From Moorellales bacterium (GTDB lineage Bacteria > Bacillota > DSM-521 > Neomoorellales > SLTJ01): 64,000 nucleotides of DNA. Location: NCBI GenBank assembly GCA_049719955.1, contig JBNARC010000002.1, forward strand, positions 77,626 to 141,625. Reading direction: 5' to 3'. A program made the position numbers and the translations under genes. Below, piece after piece: positions 27,381-36,041 of the stretch. Below the pieces are notes generated by a model. It had not been told where the DNA came from. It worked only from the letters and a program-made list of their open reading frames with translations, and made no database searches. Position 1 is the first letter of the stretch. The number at the start of each line of letters is the position of its first letter.

Positions 27381-27944
27381 CTAATGAGGCCCAAAAGTCA
27401 GCTCTACTACCAAAGAATCGTTTCCCGAGTGCCACTTTATGCCGGCGCCGATCTCCCGGGCTCTTTCCTCCAGGCCCTCGAGGATTCGCTCCCCATCGGC
27501 CGGTTTGTCGGGACGGCAACCCGAAAGCTGCCACCGGATACGGAAAAGCCCGTTTTCTTCTTCCACCTGTACCGCCAACTCCGCCTCCGTACCGCGAGAC
27601 TCCTCCAGGCCCGCCACCACCCGGTCCCATAAATCCCACACCAGGGCGGCCAGCGGTCTTTCCTTGGCCCCCAGGCCAGCAAGGTCCGTAGCCACTTCAA
27701 ACCGAACCGGCACTTCCCGGCGCTCGGCTTGGGCCTCCCCGGCCAGCATGGCCAGTATCAGAGCCGGGGCCTCCAGGCGCAGGAGGGTTCCGCGACGCTC
27801 CATTTCTCCCGCTATCCGATAGATGTAGTCCATGGCCATCTCTACGCGGCGCATCTGGAGAAGGCCGTACAGGACCTGGAGGTAGTTTAGGAAGTCGTGC
27901 CTTTCCTTTCGCAGCAATTCCAGGTAAGCCGCTTCTACCGTCAT
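27381..27944 (-). CDS. Spo0B-like sporulation phosphorelay phosphotransferase
   Basis: 187 aa. LLRKERHDFLNYLQVLYGLLQM parallels the B. subtilis Spo0B His-box (..SRHDWMNKLQLIKGNLSL..). Canonical position immediately upstream of obg. Confidence 0.65.
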   Translation of the reverse strand: MTVEAAYLELLRKERHDFLNYLQVLYGLLQMRRVEMAMDYIYRIAGEMERRGTLLRLEAPALILAMLAGEAQAERREVPVRFEVATDLAGLGAKERPLAALVWDLWDRVVAGLEESRGTEAELAVQVEEENGLFRIRWQLSGCRPDKPADGERILEGLEERAREIGAGIKWHSGNDSLVVELTFGPH

Positions 27945-28459
27945 AGGGATTTCTCCTGCCTCCTCTGGGCGGGGCCCGATGCCTTCAGGCTCCGCCAGGC
28001 CAGCTCCACCGCTTCCTCCGGGTCGCGGGCGGTAATTATGCCCGGATCCCGCCGGCCCTGCCGGAACACCTCCCAGGTGCCGAGCCCGATCACCGGGCGG
28101 CCCAGTTTAAGCGCCAGCCCGATTTCCGACAAGGTTCCGTATCCCCCACCCACGGCAATAACCGCATCACCCGCCCTCACTACCAGTACATTGCGGGCCT
28201 CGCCCAACCCGGTGGCGATGGCCACGCTGAGGTAAGGATTGCCCTCCTCGCGGCGGAATCCCGGGAGAAGGCCCACCACCGTTCCTCCGGCTTCGGCCGC
28301 CCCTTGCGAGGCCGCGGCCATAATGCCTCCCAGGCCTCCGCAGACCAGTACCGCCCGCCGACGCGCCAGCTCCCGGCCTACCGCGTAGGCCAGACGGGCC
28401 TCCTCCGGGCTGCACTCTCCGGCCCCGATCACGGCAATGTAGGGCGCCAATTCCCTCAC
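27941..28459 (-). CDS. TIGR00725 / LOG-SLOG superfamily Rossmann protein
   Basis: 172 aa. IAVIGAG..., VCGGLGGIM, GGGYGTLSEI motifs. ATGA overlap with the spo0B-like gene. Confidence 0.75.
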   Translation of the reverse strand: MRELAPYIAVIGAGECSPEEARLAYAVGRELARRRAVLVCGGLGGIMAAASQGAAEAGGTVVGLLPGFRREEGNPYLSVAIATGLGEARNVLVVRAGDAVIAVGGGYGTLSEIGLALKLGRPVIGLGTWEVFRQGRRDPGIITARDPEEAVELAWRSLKASGPAQRRQEKSL

Positions 28460-28462
28460 CCC

Positions 28463-28492
28463 AATAAAAAAGCCCCGGCTTCCGGGCCGGGG
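28463..28492 (-). terminator. Rho-independent terminator after rpmA
   Basis: CCCCGGC-CCGGAA-GCCGGGG followed by CTTTTTTATT on the minus strand. Confidence 0.75.
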
Positions 28493-28497
28493 ACCGG

Positions 28498-28770
28498 CTA
28501 GGCGGTGACCACGCTTACCTTCTTCTTATCCTTGCTCAGGCGTTCGAACTTCACGTAGCCGTCGGCCAGGGCGTAGAGGGTATCGTCCTTTCCCCTTCCT
28601 ACGTTAAGCCCGGGATGTATCCTGGTTCCCCGTTGACGCACCAGGATGTGCCCGGCCCGGACCCACTGGCCGTCGTGCCGCTTTACCCCTAAGCGCTTAG
28701 ACTCGCTATCCCGACCGTTACGAGAACTGCCCACACCCTTCTTATGGGCGAAAAGCTGCAGATCGAACAT
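28498..28770 (-). CDS. rpmA: 50S ribosomal protein L27 (with Prp-cleaved N-terminal extension)
   Basis: Start set at ATG 28770: [22 protein letters not shown]... The track ORF extension overlaps prp. Confidence 0.95.
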   Translation of the reverse strand: MFDLQLFAHKKGVGSSRNGRDSESKRLGVKRHDGQWVRAGHILVRQRGTRIHPGLNVGRGKDDTLYALADGYVKFERLSKDKKKVSVVTA

Positions 28771-28771
28771 G

Positions 28772-29119
28772 CTATTCACCTCCCGGTCTCTGCTGTTCCC
28801 CTTCCTGGTACCGAAAAATCTTGAGGTGCGAGGGATGAGTGCGCTCAATTTCGGCCAAACCCAGGGCCGCGCTCTCCAATAAAAGCTCCGCCTCCGGCGG
28901 AAAGCCCTCTTCGGAAAGAAAGCACTCCAGGTAACCTTCCTCGATCCGCAGTCGCGGACGAAGTCCCAGCAGCCGCTCCAGCGCCAGTACCGTCGTCTGG
29001 GCCAGGGCCGAAACCGCAGCGCAGACGATATCCCGGCCTCGAGGCGCATAGCCCGCGTGACCCCTGACCACCATCCCTACCGGGCGGCCTTGCCGGTAGT
29101 AAAGATCCACGCGGATCAT
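28772..29119 (-). CDS. prp: Ribosomal-processing cysteine protease Prp (YsxB family)
   Basis: 115 aa. [20 protein letters not shown] pattern, located between rplU and rpmA. Confidence 0.85.
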   Translation of the reverse strand: MIRVDLYYRQGRPVGMVVRGHAGYAPRGRDIVCAAVSALAQTTVLALERLLGLRPRLRIEEGYLECFLSEEGFPPEAELLLESAALGLAEIERTHPSHLKIFRYQEGEQQRPGGE

Positions 29120-29121
29120 AA

Positions 29122-29433
29122 CTAGGCTTCGATCTTCTCCACCCGCACCTCGGTAAATTCCTGACGATGGCCCCGGCGCCGCCGATAATTCTTTTTGGGC
29201 TTGTACTTAAATACCAGGATCTTGCGGCCCCGCCCGTGCCGGAGCACTTTCAGCCACACCCGGGCGCCTTCTACCACCGGTTGGCCAATTCTTAACTCCT
29301 CCGCCCGGCCTACCGCCAGCACCCGCTCGACGGGAACCGTGCTCCCTTCTTCGGCGGCCAGCTTCTCCAGCCGCAGAACCTCTCCTTCGTGTACCCGGTA
29401 TTGCTTGCCGCCGCTTTCGATTATAGCGTACAT
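29122..29433 (-). CDS. rplU: 50S ribosomal protein L21
   Basis: Start set at ATG 29433: [20 protein letters not shown]... Confidence 0.95.
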   Translation of the reverse strand: MYAIIESGGKQYRVHEGEVLRLEKLAAEEGSTVPVERVLAVGRAEELRIGQPVVEGARVWLKVLRHGRGRKILVFKYKPKKNYRRRRGHRQEFTEVRVEKIEA

Positions 29434-29503
29434 CGTCCTCCGGGGCCTGGTACCCCGAATCTCGCTCCTTTCCGGATTACAGGTTGGCTGGGAGTCTGGC
29501 AGA

Positions 29504-29532
29504 ACTCTAACACACCCCCCGCCGCTTGTCAA
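29504..29532 (-). promoter_or_regulatory. Sigma-A-type promoter of the rplU-prp-rpmA operon
   Basis: TTGACA, 17-nt spacer, TAGAGT on the minus strand, about 70 nt before the rplU ATG. Confidence 0.55.
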
Positions 29533-29568
29533 GGCCGAACGGCGCTGACGTATCCCCTGTTTCCTCCA

Positions 29569-29653
29569 GGCGGTACCGGGTGCTCCCCGTTCGAACTATC
29601 ACCTCGCCGGGCTCGGTGCGCAAGATTGCCTTAGCGGGTCTGGTTCCCACCGC
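29569..29653 (-). repeat. Short-form copy of the structured repeat family
   Basis: GGCGGTACCGGGTGCTCCCCGTTCGAACTATCACCTCGCCGG... shares the closing-stem strand and the CACCTCGCCG arm with the full copies. Confidence 0.6.
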
Positions 29654-29705
29654 AAACGGTCTGGTCCGTCCGGGAGCGGATCCCGGACGGTGCCGGGAGT
29701 GCACC

Positions 29706-30419
29706 CTACCGCCACCGGTCCCGGCGCGCAGGCGCCGGCGCCGTGAGCAGGGCGCCCAGGGGTACGGGGTGACGTCCCCGGCAGCCGAAGAGCCCCAGCC
29801 TTTCCAAAACCGGAGGCCGCTCCTCTTTCCAACCCCCTACCTGAGCCAGAGCGCTTAGCGCCAATTCCGGCCGCAGGTACCGCTGCGAACCGGCGGCAAG
29901 GAAAAGAATCAAGTAAGAGCTCTTCGCACCCCCCCGAACCCGCAGGTCCAAAATGCCCGGCCGAACATCCTTGTTCTGGCCCTTCGCCTCCAGGGTGAAG
30001 AAGGGCCGGTTCAAGAGCTCCACCACCGCCCGCTCCAGCTCCGGTCGGGAAGGGTAGGGCTCCCACCCCGGGCGGGCCCGGTAGAGCGCGGCCACCACCA
30101 CGGCCGAGGGTACGGTTCCGGGGGCCAGGGGATGCACCAGTTTAAGCGCAAATCCCGGCGGCATCTCGGCCGCCAGCCGGGCCTGCACCTCCGTGGCAGG
30201 CAAGGCCTGAGACAGCTCCACTACCGCCAGCTCCGAGCGGCCCGACATCCCTACCGGCAGGGGCAGGGCAAAAGAAAGATAAGGTCGGGGGTTAAACCCC
30301 TGAGAGAGCTTCAGGGGCAGGCCCGCCCGTCGCAGGGCCCGCTCCAGGGCCCGCGAAACCTCTAGATGCGACACGAACCGCGCCGGCCCCCGCTGGGCGT
30401 AGTTAATCAGGTACAGCAT
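29706..30419 (-). CDS. Radical-SAM-linked protein (DUF2344 / TIGR03936 family)
   Basis: 237 aa. RFVSHLEVSRALERALRRAGLPLKLSQGFNPRP signature. Follows its radical SAM partner. Confidence 0.8.
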   Translation of the reverse strand: MLYLINYAQRGPARFVSHLEVSRALERALRRAGLPLKLSQGFNPRPYLSFALPLPVGMSGRSELAVVELSQALPATEVQARLAAEMPPGFALKLVHPLAPGTVPSAVVVAALYRARPGWEPYPSRPELERAVVELLNRPFFTLEAKGQNKDVRPGILDLRVRGGAKSSYLILFLAAGSQRYLRPELALSALAQVGGWKEERPPVLERLGLFGCRGRHPVPLGALLTAPAPARRDRWR

Positions 30420-30493
30420 GATCTCGCTCCTCTGCCTTCCCTCCCGGGTGGGCAGTAAACCTCCGGCGGCTTTCTCCCACTCCGGCTTCCCAT

Positions 30494-30566
30494 GGGCGGT
30501 ACCGGGTGTTCGCCGTTCGTACCGTCACTTCGCCGACGATACTTGCGCTCAGTCCGGCGCCCCGCC
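30494..30566 (-). repeat. Short-form repeat copy overlapping the 3' end of the radical SAM CDS
   Basis: GGGCGGTACCGGGTGTTCGCCGTTCGTACCGTCACTTCGCCGACGATACTTGCGCTCAG... is near-identical to the copy at 48490-48564. Confidence 0.65.
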
Positions 30567-32444
30567 TTCGGGCGACCCGCCGGCCAGCCGCACCCCCACC
30601 CCCAATCGGGAGCAAACTCCGCAGCCCGGGCAATCCCGCCAGCGGCAGTCCGGCGTGGGCACCGCCTGCTTAGCTCTTTCCGCCTCCCGCCGCAGGAATT
30701 CCCGGCTCACCCCCAGGTCGAGGTGCTCCCAGGGCAGCACCTCCTGGTAGTCCCGGCGGCGGTGGGCGTAAAAAGAGGGATCGAGTCCCGTTTCTGCCAG
30801 GGCTTTCTCCCACCGAGACCAGGAAAAATATTCCTCCCAGCTATCGAATTTAGCCCCCGAGCGCCAGGCCGCCAGCACCGCCTTCGCCAGCCGCCGGTCC
30901 CCCCGGGCCAGCACCGCCTCCAGGAGGCTTTGCTCCGGGTCGTGCCAGTCGTACTTGATCCGCCGGTGGCGCAGGCGCCTTCCCAAATAGGCCTGCTTCT
31001 CCCGCAGCTCAGCCTGGGTGGCCTGGGGTTCCCACTGAAAAGGGGTGTGGGGTTTGGGCACGAAGGAAGAAACGCTCACCGTGACTTCCGGCCGACCCCG
31101 GGTGGAACCCTCGTCTAACCGCAACACCTTGAAGGTAAGGTCTACCACTCCGTCCAGATCCTCCTGGGTTTCGGTGGGCAGGCCGATCATAAAGTAGAGC
31201 TTCACCCGGCGCCAGCCGGCCGCAAAAGCGGCCCGGCAGGCGTTCAAAAGGTCTTCCTCGGTAACCCCCTTGTTGATCACCGCCCGAAGCCTGGCCGTGC
31301 CCGCCTCCGGCGCGAAGGTGAGCCCGGTCTTGCGCACCCGCTCGATTTCCTCCGCCAGCCCCACGCTGAACGCGTCCGCCCGCAGGGAAGGCAGGGAGAG
31401 GCCTATTCCCCTTTCGCCGTAGGTGGCCACCAGGCCCCGGGCCAGGGGCTCGATGGCGGTATAGTCGGCCGAGCTTAAGGATACCAGACCTATTTCCTGA
31501 TGCCCGGTGGCCCGAACCAGCTCTTCCGCCTGCCGGCGCAGGACCTCCGGAGAACGCTCCCGTACCGGGCGGTAGATGATCCCCGCCTGGCAGAACCGGC
31601 AGCCCCGGGTGCAACCGCGCATGATTTCCAGCATGGCCCGGTCGTGTACCACCTCCAGGAAGGGCACGATGGGCCGGGTGGGAAAGTAGGCCCGGTCCAG
31701 GTCGGCCACCACCCGGCGCACCACCCTTTCCGGCACCCCGGGCTCAAGGGGTTTTACCGCCGCCACCCGGCCGTCCGCGTGGTAGTCCACCCGGTAAAGC
31801 GAAGGCACGTAAACTCCGGGCAGACCGGCCAGACGGCGCAGCAGTTCCGCCCGGGTAACCTTCCACCGACCCGACCCGGACCGGTCGTCCCCGTTCTTGG
31901 CCTCCTTTATAACCGAGAGAATCTCCAATAGCACCTCTTCCCCCTCGCCCAGCACCAGGGCGTCGAAGAAGGGCGCCAGCGGCTCCGGGTTCACCGCGCA
32001 GGGCCCCCCGCCGATTACCAAGGGGTGCTCTTGGGTGCGCTCGGAGGCCATCAAGGGAATTCCGGCCAGATCCAGGAGGTTCAGCACGTTGGTGTAGGTG
32101 AGCTCGTACTGGAGGGTGAATCCCACCAAGTCGAAATCGGCCACCGGCCGGTAGGATTCCAAACTAAAAAGGGGAAGGCCCCGGCGCCTAAGCTCCGCCT
32201 CCAGGTCCGGTGCCGGGGCAAACACGCGTTCCAGCAGGTATTCGTCCCGCTGGTTAACCAGGCCGTAGAGGATGGCCAGACCCAGGTGCGACATCCCGAT
32301 CTCGTACAGGTCGGGAAACACAAAGGCCAGCCTCGCCGCCACCCGGTCCCAATCTTTGTGCACCGCGTTAACCTCGGTGCCCAGGTAGCGGCCGGGTTTT
32401 TGCACCCGGGGCAAAATCTCTTCCCAAAACCATTCCTTGTCCAT
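30549..32444 (-). CDS. B12-binding-domain radical SAM protein (TIGR03960 family)
   Basis: 631 aa. MDKEWFWEEILPRVQKPGRYLG N-terminus and CTRGCRFCQAG radical SAM motif. Confidence 0.85.
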   Translation of the reverse strand: MDKEWFWEEILPRVQKPGRYLGTEVNAVHKDWDRVAARLAFVFPDLYEIGMSHLGLAILYGLVNQRDEYLLERVFAPAPDLEAELRRRGLPLFSLESYRPVADFDLVGFTLQYELTYTNVLNLLDLAGIPLMASERTQEHPLVIGGGPCAVNPEPLAPFFDALVLGEGEEVLLEILSVIKEAKNGDDRSGSGRWKVTRAELLRRLAGLPGVYVPSLYRVDYHADGRVAAVKPLEPGVPERVVRRVVADLDRAYFPTRPIVPFLEVVHDRAMLEIMRGCTRGCRFCQAGIIYRPVRERSPEVLRRQAEELVRATGHQEIGLVSLSSADYTAIEPLARGLVATYGERGIGLSLPSLRADAFSVGLAEEIERVRKTGLTFAPEAGTARLRAVINKGVTEEDLLNACRAAFAAGWRRVKLYFMIGLPTETQEDLDGVVDLTFKVLRLDEGSTRGRPEVTVSVSSFVPKPHTPFQWEPQATQAELREKQAYLGRRLRHRRIKYDWHDPEQSLLEAVLARGDRRLAKAVLAAWRSGAKFDSWEEYFSWSRWEKALAETGLDPSFYAHRRRDYQEVLPWEHLDLGVSREFLRREAERAKQAVPTPDCRWRDCPGCGVCSRLGVGVRLAGGSPEGGAPD

Positions 32445-32448
32445 GATA

Positions 32449-33831
32449 TTAGTATGTCTGCCCCTTCTTCTCTCTCAAGTAGGCGTCGATGGCCCGGGCC
32501 GCCTTCTTGCCCGCGCCCATGGCCAGGATAACCGTAGCCGCACCGGTGACGATGTCGCCGCCGGCGAACACGCCCGGCTTGGAGGTGGCGCCGGTTTCCT
32601 CGTCGGCCACAATGGTGCCGTGGCCGGAGTTGATCGCCAGACCCGGCGTGGTCTGCGGTACCAGGGGATGCGGCCCCTGGCCTATGGCCATTACCACCGT
32701 GTCCACCTCCATGGTGAACTCCGAGCCGGGAATGGGAACCGGCCGGCGCCGACCGGAGGCGTCAGGCTCGCCCAACTCAAACCGCCGGCAGGTCATACCC
32801 GTGACCCACCCCTGATCGTTCCCGTGAATGGCCACCGGGCTGGTCAGGAAATGGAACTTAACTCCTTCCTCCTCGGCGTGTTCCACCTCTTCCTTGCGGG
32901 CCGGCATCTCTGCGGCCGAGCGCCGGTAGACGATGTAGGATTCCTGAGCTCCCAGCCGCAGCGCCGTGCGGGCCGCGTCCATGGCCACGTTACCGGCGCC
33001 TATTACCGCCACCCGCCGGCCCACCTTAATAGGGGTAAGGTACTGCGGAAAGAGGTAGGCTTTCATAAGGTTGGTGCGGGTGAGGAATTCGTTGGCGGAG
33101 TAGACTCCCAATAGGTTTTCTCCCGGGATACCCATAAAGTGGGGAAGTCCCGCCCCCGTGCCCACAAAGACGGCATCGAACCCGTGCTCGTTCAGAAGTT
33201 CGTCCACAGTGAACAGCTTGCCCACCACGCAATTGGTGCGGATCTCTACCCCCATCTGCCGAATGATGTCTATCTCCGCCTGCACCACCTTCTTGGGGAG
33301 ACGGAACTCCGGGATGCCGTACATCAGTACCCCGCCCGGCACGTGCAGGGCCTCGAACACCGTGACCGCATGGCCCATGCGCGCCAGATCGGCGGCGGCG
33401 GTAAGCCCCGCCGGGCCCGACCCCACCACCGCCACCCGAAACCCGGTAGGAGGGGCTACCGGCGGCGGAGTAACCCCGCGGGCGAGCTGCCAGTCGGCCA
33501 CAAAGCGTTCCAGGCGGCCGATGGCCACGGGATCACCCTTCTTGCCCACGTTGCAGTACTTCTCGCATTGGTTCTCCTGCGGGCACACCCGGCCGCATAT
33601 GGCCGGCAGGTTGTTCTTTTCCTTGATCTTGTTGATCGCCCCCAGGAAGTCGCGCTGCCGGATCAGGTTTATAAATTCGGGAATATCTACTTCCACCGGG
33701 CAGCCCTGCTTGCAATTGGCGCGCTTACACAGGTTACAGCGCTGGGCTTCCGCCAGCGCCTGCTCTTCGCTATACCCAAGGGCCACCTCGCCGAAATTCT
33801 TGATCCGTTCCCGGGGATCCTGCGAAGGCAT
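32449..33831 (-). CDS. nfnB: NADH-dependent reduced ferredoxin:NADP+ oxidoreductase large subunit (GltD/SudA-like)
   Basis: Start set at ATG 33831 (MPSQDPRERIKNF...). Two Cys clusters (CNLCKRANCKQGCP, CGRVCPQENQCEKYC). GSGPAGL FAD/NAD motifs. Confidence 0.85.
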   Translation of the reverse strand: MPSQDPRERIKNFGEVALGYSEEQALAEAQRCNLCKRANCKQGCPVEVDIPEFINLIRQRDFLGAINKIKEKNNLPAICGRVCPQENQCEKYCNVGKKGDPVAIGRLERFVADWQLARGVTPPPVAPPTGFRVAVVGSGPAGLTAAADLARMGHAVTVFEALHVPGGVLMYGIPEFRLPKKVVQAEIDIIRQMGVEIRTNCVVGKLFTVDELLNEHGFDAVFVGTGAGLPHFMGIPGENLLGVYSANEFLTRTNLMKAYLFPQYLTPIKVGRRVAVIGAGNVAMDAARTALRLGAQESYIVYRRSAAEMPARKEEVEHAEEEGVKFHFLTSPVAIHGNDQGWVTGMTCRRFELGEPDASGRRRPVPIPGSEFTMEVDTVVMAIGQGPHPLVPQTTPGLAINSGHGTIVADEETGATSKPGVFAGGDIVTGAATVILAMGAGKKAARAIDAYLREKKGQTY

Positions 33832-33848
33832 AGGGACCTTTTCGCGAA

Positions 33849-34691
33849 TTACCGGCACCCGCAGCCACCTCCGTTCTGGTGAAACGCCAGGGCTTGTTGC
33901 TCTTCCTCCCGGTACATGGCCAGCCGCCGCATGGCCAGCTCCCAGTCCACCTCGTGGCCGTCGAACTCCGGACCGTCCACGCAGGCAAACTTGGTTTGAC
34001 CGCCTACCGATACCCGGCAGGCGCCGCACATCCCCGTCCCGTCCACCATGATGGGGTTGAGGCTGACGATGGTCTTAACCCCGTAAGGGCGCGTGACTTC
34101 GGCGACGTTACGCATCATGATCATGGGCCCTACCGCCCAAAGCCGCGCCACCGGTTCGCCCTCGTCCAGCACCCGCTTTACCAGATCGGTGACAAACCCC
34201 TTGTGCCCGTAGCTACCGTCATCCGTGGCCACCAGCAGACGGTCGCTAGCACCGCGCATCTCTTCCTCCAAAATTAACAGTTCTTTGCTGCGGGCGCCAA
34301 TGATGGCCGTGACCCGGTTGCCCGCCTCCTTCAACGCCCGGGCAATAGGATAAATGGGGGCAATGCCCACGCCCCCGCCCACACACACTACATAGCCGTA
34401 CTCCTCCACTTCTGAGGGTAGACCCAAGGGCCCCACGAAATCCAGAAGGGCTTGGCCGGCCTCCAGCCGGGCCAGTTGGCGGGTGGTGTATCCCACCTCC
34501 TGAAAGATGATGGTCACCGTACCCCGCTGCCGGTCGAAATCGGCGATGGTGAGGGGTATGCGTTCTCCGTTTTCCGACAGGCGTACGATTACAAACTGCC
34601 CCGCCCGGGCCTTCTTAGCCACCTCCGGAGCCTCAATCTCCATCAGGGTTATGGAGGGAGCGAGCGGCTTCTTGTTTAGTATGCTATACAC
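33849..34691 (-). CDS. nfnA: NfnA / SudB-like FAD, [2Fe-2S] small subunit
   Basis: 280 aa. ITLMEIEAPEVAKKARAGQFVIVR and C-terminal MCGACRV cluster. GTG start with AAAGGGGGGA SD. Confidence 0.85.
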   Translation of the reverse strand: MYSILNKKPLAPSITLMEIEAPEVAKKARAGQFVIVRLSENGERIPLTIADFDRQRGTVTIIFQEVGYTTRQLARLEAGQALLDFVGPLGLPSEVEEYGYVVCVGGGVGIAPIYPIARALKEAGNRVTAIIGARSKELLILEEEMRGASDRLLVATDDGSYGHKGFVTDLVKRVLDEGEPVARLWAVGPMIMMRNVAEVTRPYGVKTIVSLNPIMVDGTGMCGACRVSVGGQTKFACVDGPEFDGHEVDWELAMRRLAMYREEEQQALAFHQNGGGCGCR

Positions 34692-34739
34692 CTGGTGGGG
34701 TCCCCCCTTTAAGAAGGTTGGCGCCGACCGTCTTCACCG

Positions 34740-34768
34740 ATTATAATATTTTACCTGCGTTCACACAA
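34740..34768 (-). promoter_or_regulatory. Sigma-A-type promoter of nfnAB
   Basis: TTGTGT, 17-nt spacer, TATAAT on the minus strand. Confidence 0.5.
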
Positions 34769-34786
34769 CCACCCACCTGGCGCGCC

Positions 34787-34840
34787 AACGTATCCCCACT
34801 CCTGAGTTGGCCGGCGGTACCGGGTGCTCGGGGATACGTT
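34787..34840. repeat. Hairpin carrying a repeat-family fragment
   Basis: An 11-bp inverted repeat AACGTATCCCC / GGGGATACGTT encloses CTGAGTTGGCCGGCGGTACCGGGTGCTC. Confidence 0.45.
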
Positions 34841-34854
34841 ATCTGGAGTAGCGT

Positions 34855-34884
34855 TTGACCGGGATCGGATCGTCGTTTTACAAT
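34855..34884 (+). promoter_or_regulatory. Sigma-A-type promoter of queF
   Basis: TTGACC, 18-nt spacer, TACAAT. Confidence 0.5.
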
Positions 34885-34919
34885 GAACCAGGGGGACGAA
34901 TACGGTAGGAGGTTGACCT

Positions 34920-35348
34920 ATGGACGGGCAGGCACAAGATAGGTACGCGGAACGGCGGTGGGATACCGCGGGCTACAAAGCCATCGACACGGCCGTATTG
35001 GAGGCCATACCGTTTGAGTATCCGGGTAGCGGTACCCGGGTGGAATACGTTTTCCCGGAGTTCACCTCCGTCTGTCCCTGGTCGGGGTTGCCGGACTTCG
35101 GGACCGTAACCATCACCTATGTGCCCCGGGACAAGCTGGTAGAGCTGAAGTCGCTCAAGTACTACCTGAACTCCTTCCGCAACGTGGGAATTCTGCAGGA
35201 GCACGCGGTCAATCGCATAAAGGAAGACCTGGTAAAGCTACTGGAGCCGGAAAGCCTCACCGTCACCGCCGAGTTTGCGCCCCGGGGAGGTATTAGCACC
35301 CGAGTGTCGGTTACCCACCCCGGCCCGGCGCGACCCCCGGAAGACTAG
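34920..35348 (+). CDS. queF: NADPH-dependent 7-cyano-7-deazaguanine (preQ0) reductase, type I
   Basis: 142 aa. [14 protein letters not shown] catalytic Cys motif and QueF motif ELKSLKYYL. Confidence 0.9.
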   Translation: MDGQAQDRYAERRWDTAGYKAIDTAVLEAIPFEYPGSGTRVEYVFPEFTSVCPWSGLPDFGTVTITYVPRDKLVELKSLKYYLNSFRNVGILQEHAVNRIKEDLVKLLEPESLTVTAEFAPRGGISTRVSVTHPGPARPPED

Positions 35349-35369
35349 GCGCTCGCCGCCGGGGCCCGC

Positions 35370-35756
35370 TTACCACAGGACTTCTACCGGATAGCGGGCT
35401 ATCACCGGATCACCGCTAATCAAGGGTAGATTTTCCACCTGCGCCTGGGCCACCAGTAAGCGGTCAAAGGGATCCCGGTGGTAAGCGGGAAGAGCGTGCA
35501 CGCGCAGGGCGTGACTCAACCTTACCGGTAGGGGCAAAATACCGTTCTCGGCCAGTTGTTCGGGTATGAAGCTTTCCAAGTCGTCGGGTAGCGACAGTCT
35601 CCCCAACCCGGCCTTGATGGCGATTTCCCAGGCGCTGGCGGCGCTCAAGTACAGAGTATTCTCTCCGCTGCCGATGATTTCTCGCGCCCGTCCGGACAGT
35701 CTCGAATCATCGGTTATCCACCACAGAAAGACGTGAGTATCAAGGAGGGCCTTCAC
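35370..35756 (-). CDS. vapC: PIN-domain toxin (VapC type)
   Basis: 128 aa. MKALLDTHVFLWW... and PFDRLLVAQA PIN signature. Confidence 0.85.
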   Translation of the reverse strand: MKALLDTHVFLWWITDDSRLSGRAREIIGSGENTLYLSAASAWEIAIKAGLGRLSLPDDLESFIPEQLAENGILPLPVRLSHALRVHALPAYHRDPFDRLLVAQAQVENLPLISGDPVIARYPVEVLW

Positions 35757-35989
35757 TTTTCAAATCCCTCCAAGACTTCTTCCGGAAGCGGGGCATCGAA
35801 GTCGGGAGCCAGCCAAATCTTCCCTTTGGCAGTACCCGGCACCCTCGTCTTCGTCTGTTGGGGGACGGGGACCAGGCGCGCCACGGGCACTCCGGCCTTG
35901 GCGATTATCACCTCTTCCCCTTCGCTAACCCAGGCCAAGAGCCTGGAGAAATGCGTCTTAGCCTCATGAACGTTTACCCGGAAGGGCAC
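35753..35989 (-). CDS. Phd/YefM-type antitoxin
   Basis: 78 aa. VNVHEAKTHFSRLLAWVSEGEEVIIAKAGVPVARLVP. ATGA overlap with vapC. GTG start. Confidence 0.8.
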   Translation of the reverse strand: MPFRVNVHEAKTHFSRLLAWVSEGEEVIIAKAGVPVARLVPVPQQTKTRVPGTAKGKIWLAPDFDAPLPEEVLEGFEK

Positions 35990-36011
35990 TGGGTAATCAT
36001 CTCCCGGGGTT

Positions 36012-36041
36012 ATAGTAGACTAAGTTAATGGACTAAGTCAA
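36012..36041 (-). promoter_or_regulatory. Promoter with repeated operator-like motif for the vapBC locus
   Basis: TTGACT, 18-nt spacer, TACTAT on the minus strand. The spacer carries ACTTAGTC twice; the upstream copy overlapping the -35 forms the palindrome GACT-T-AGTC. Confidence 0.45.

Noticed and set aside
29434-29503. L21 ribosomal leader RNA upstream of rplU.
   Set aside because: I could not fold a convincing conserved hairpin by eye or recall enough of the consensus. Left uncalled; an Infernal scan would decide.
34746-34770. Rex operator at the nfnAB promoter (TTGTGTGAA overlapping the -35).
   Set aside because: Only one half-site resembles TTGTGAA-N6-TTCACAA, and the partner half is absent. 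A genome-wide motif model would be needed.
34885-34919. PreQ1 riboswitch expected upstream of queF.
   Set aside because: The 35-nt leader (GAACCAGGGGGACGAATACGGTAGGAGGTTGACCT) lacks the preQ1-I hairpin and A-rich tail.
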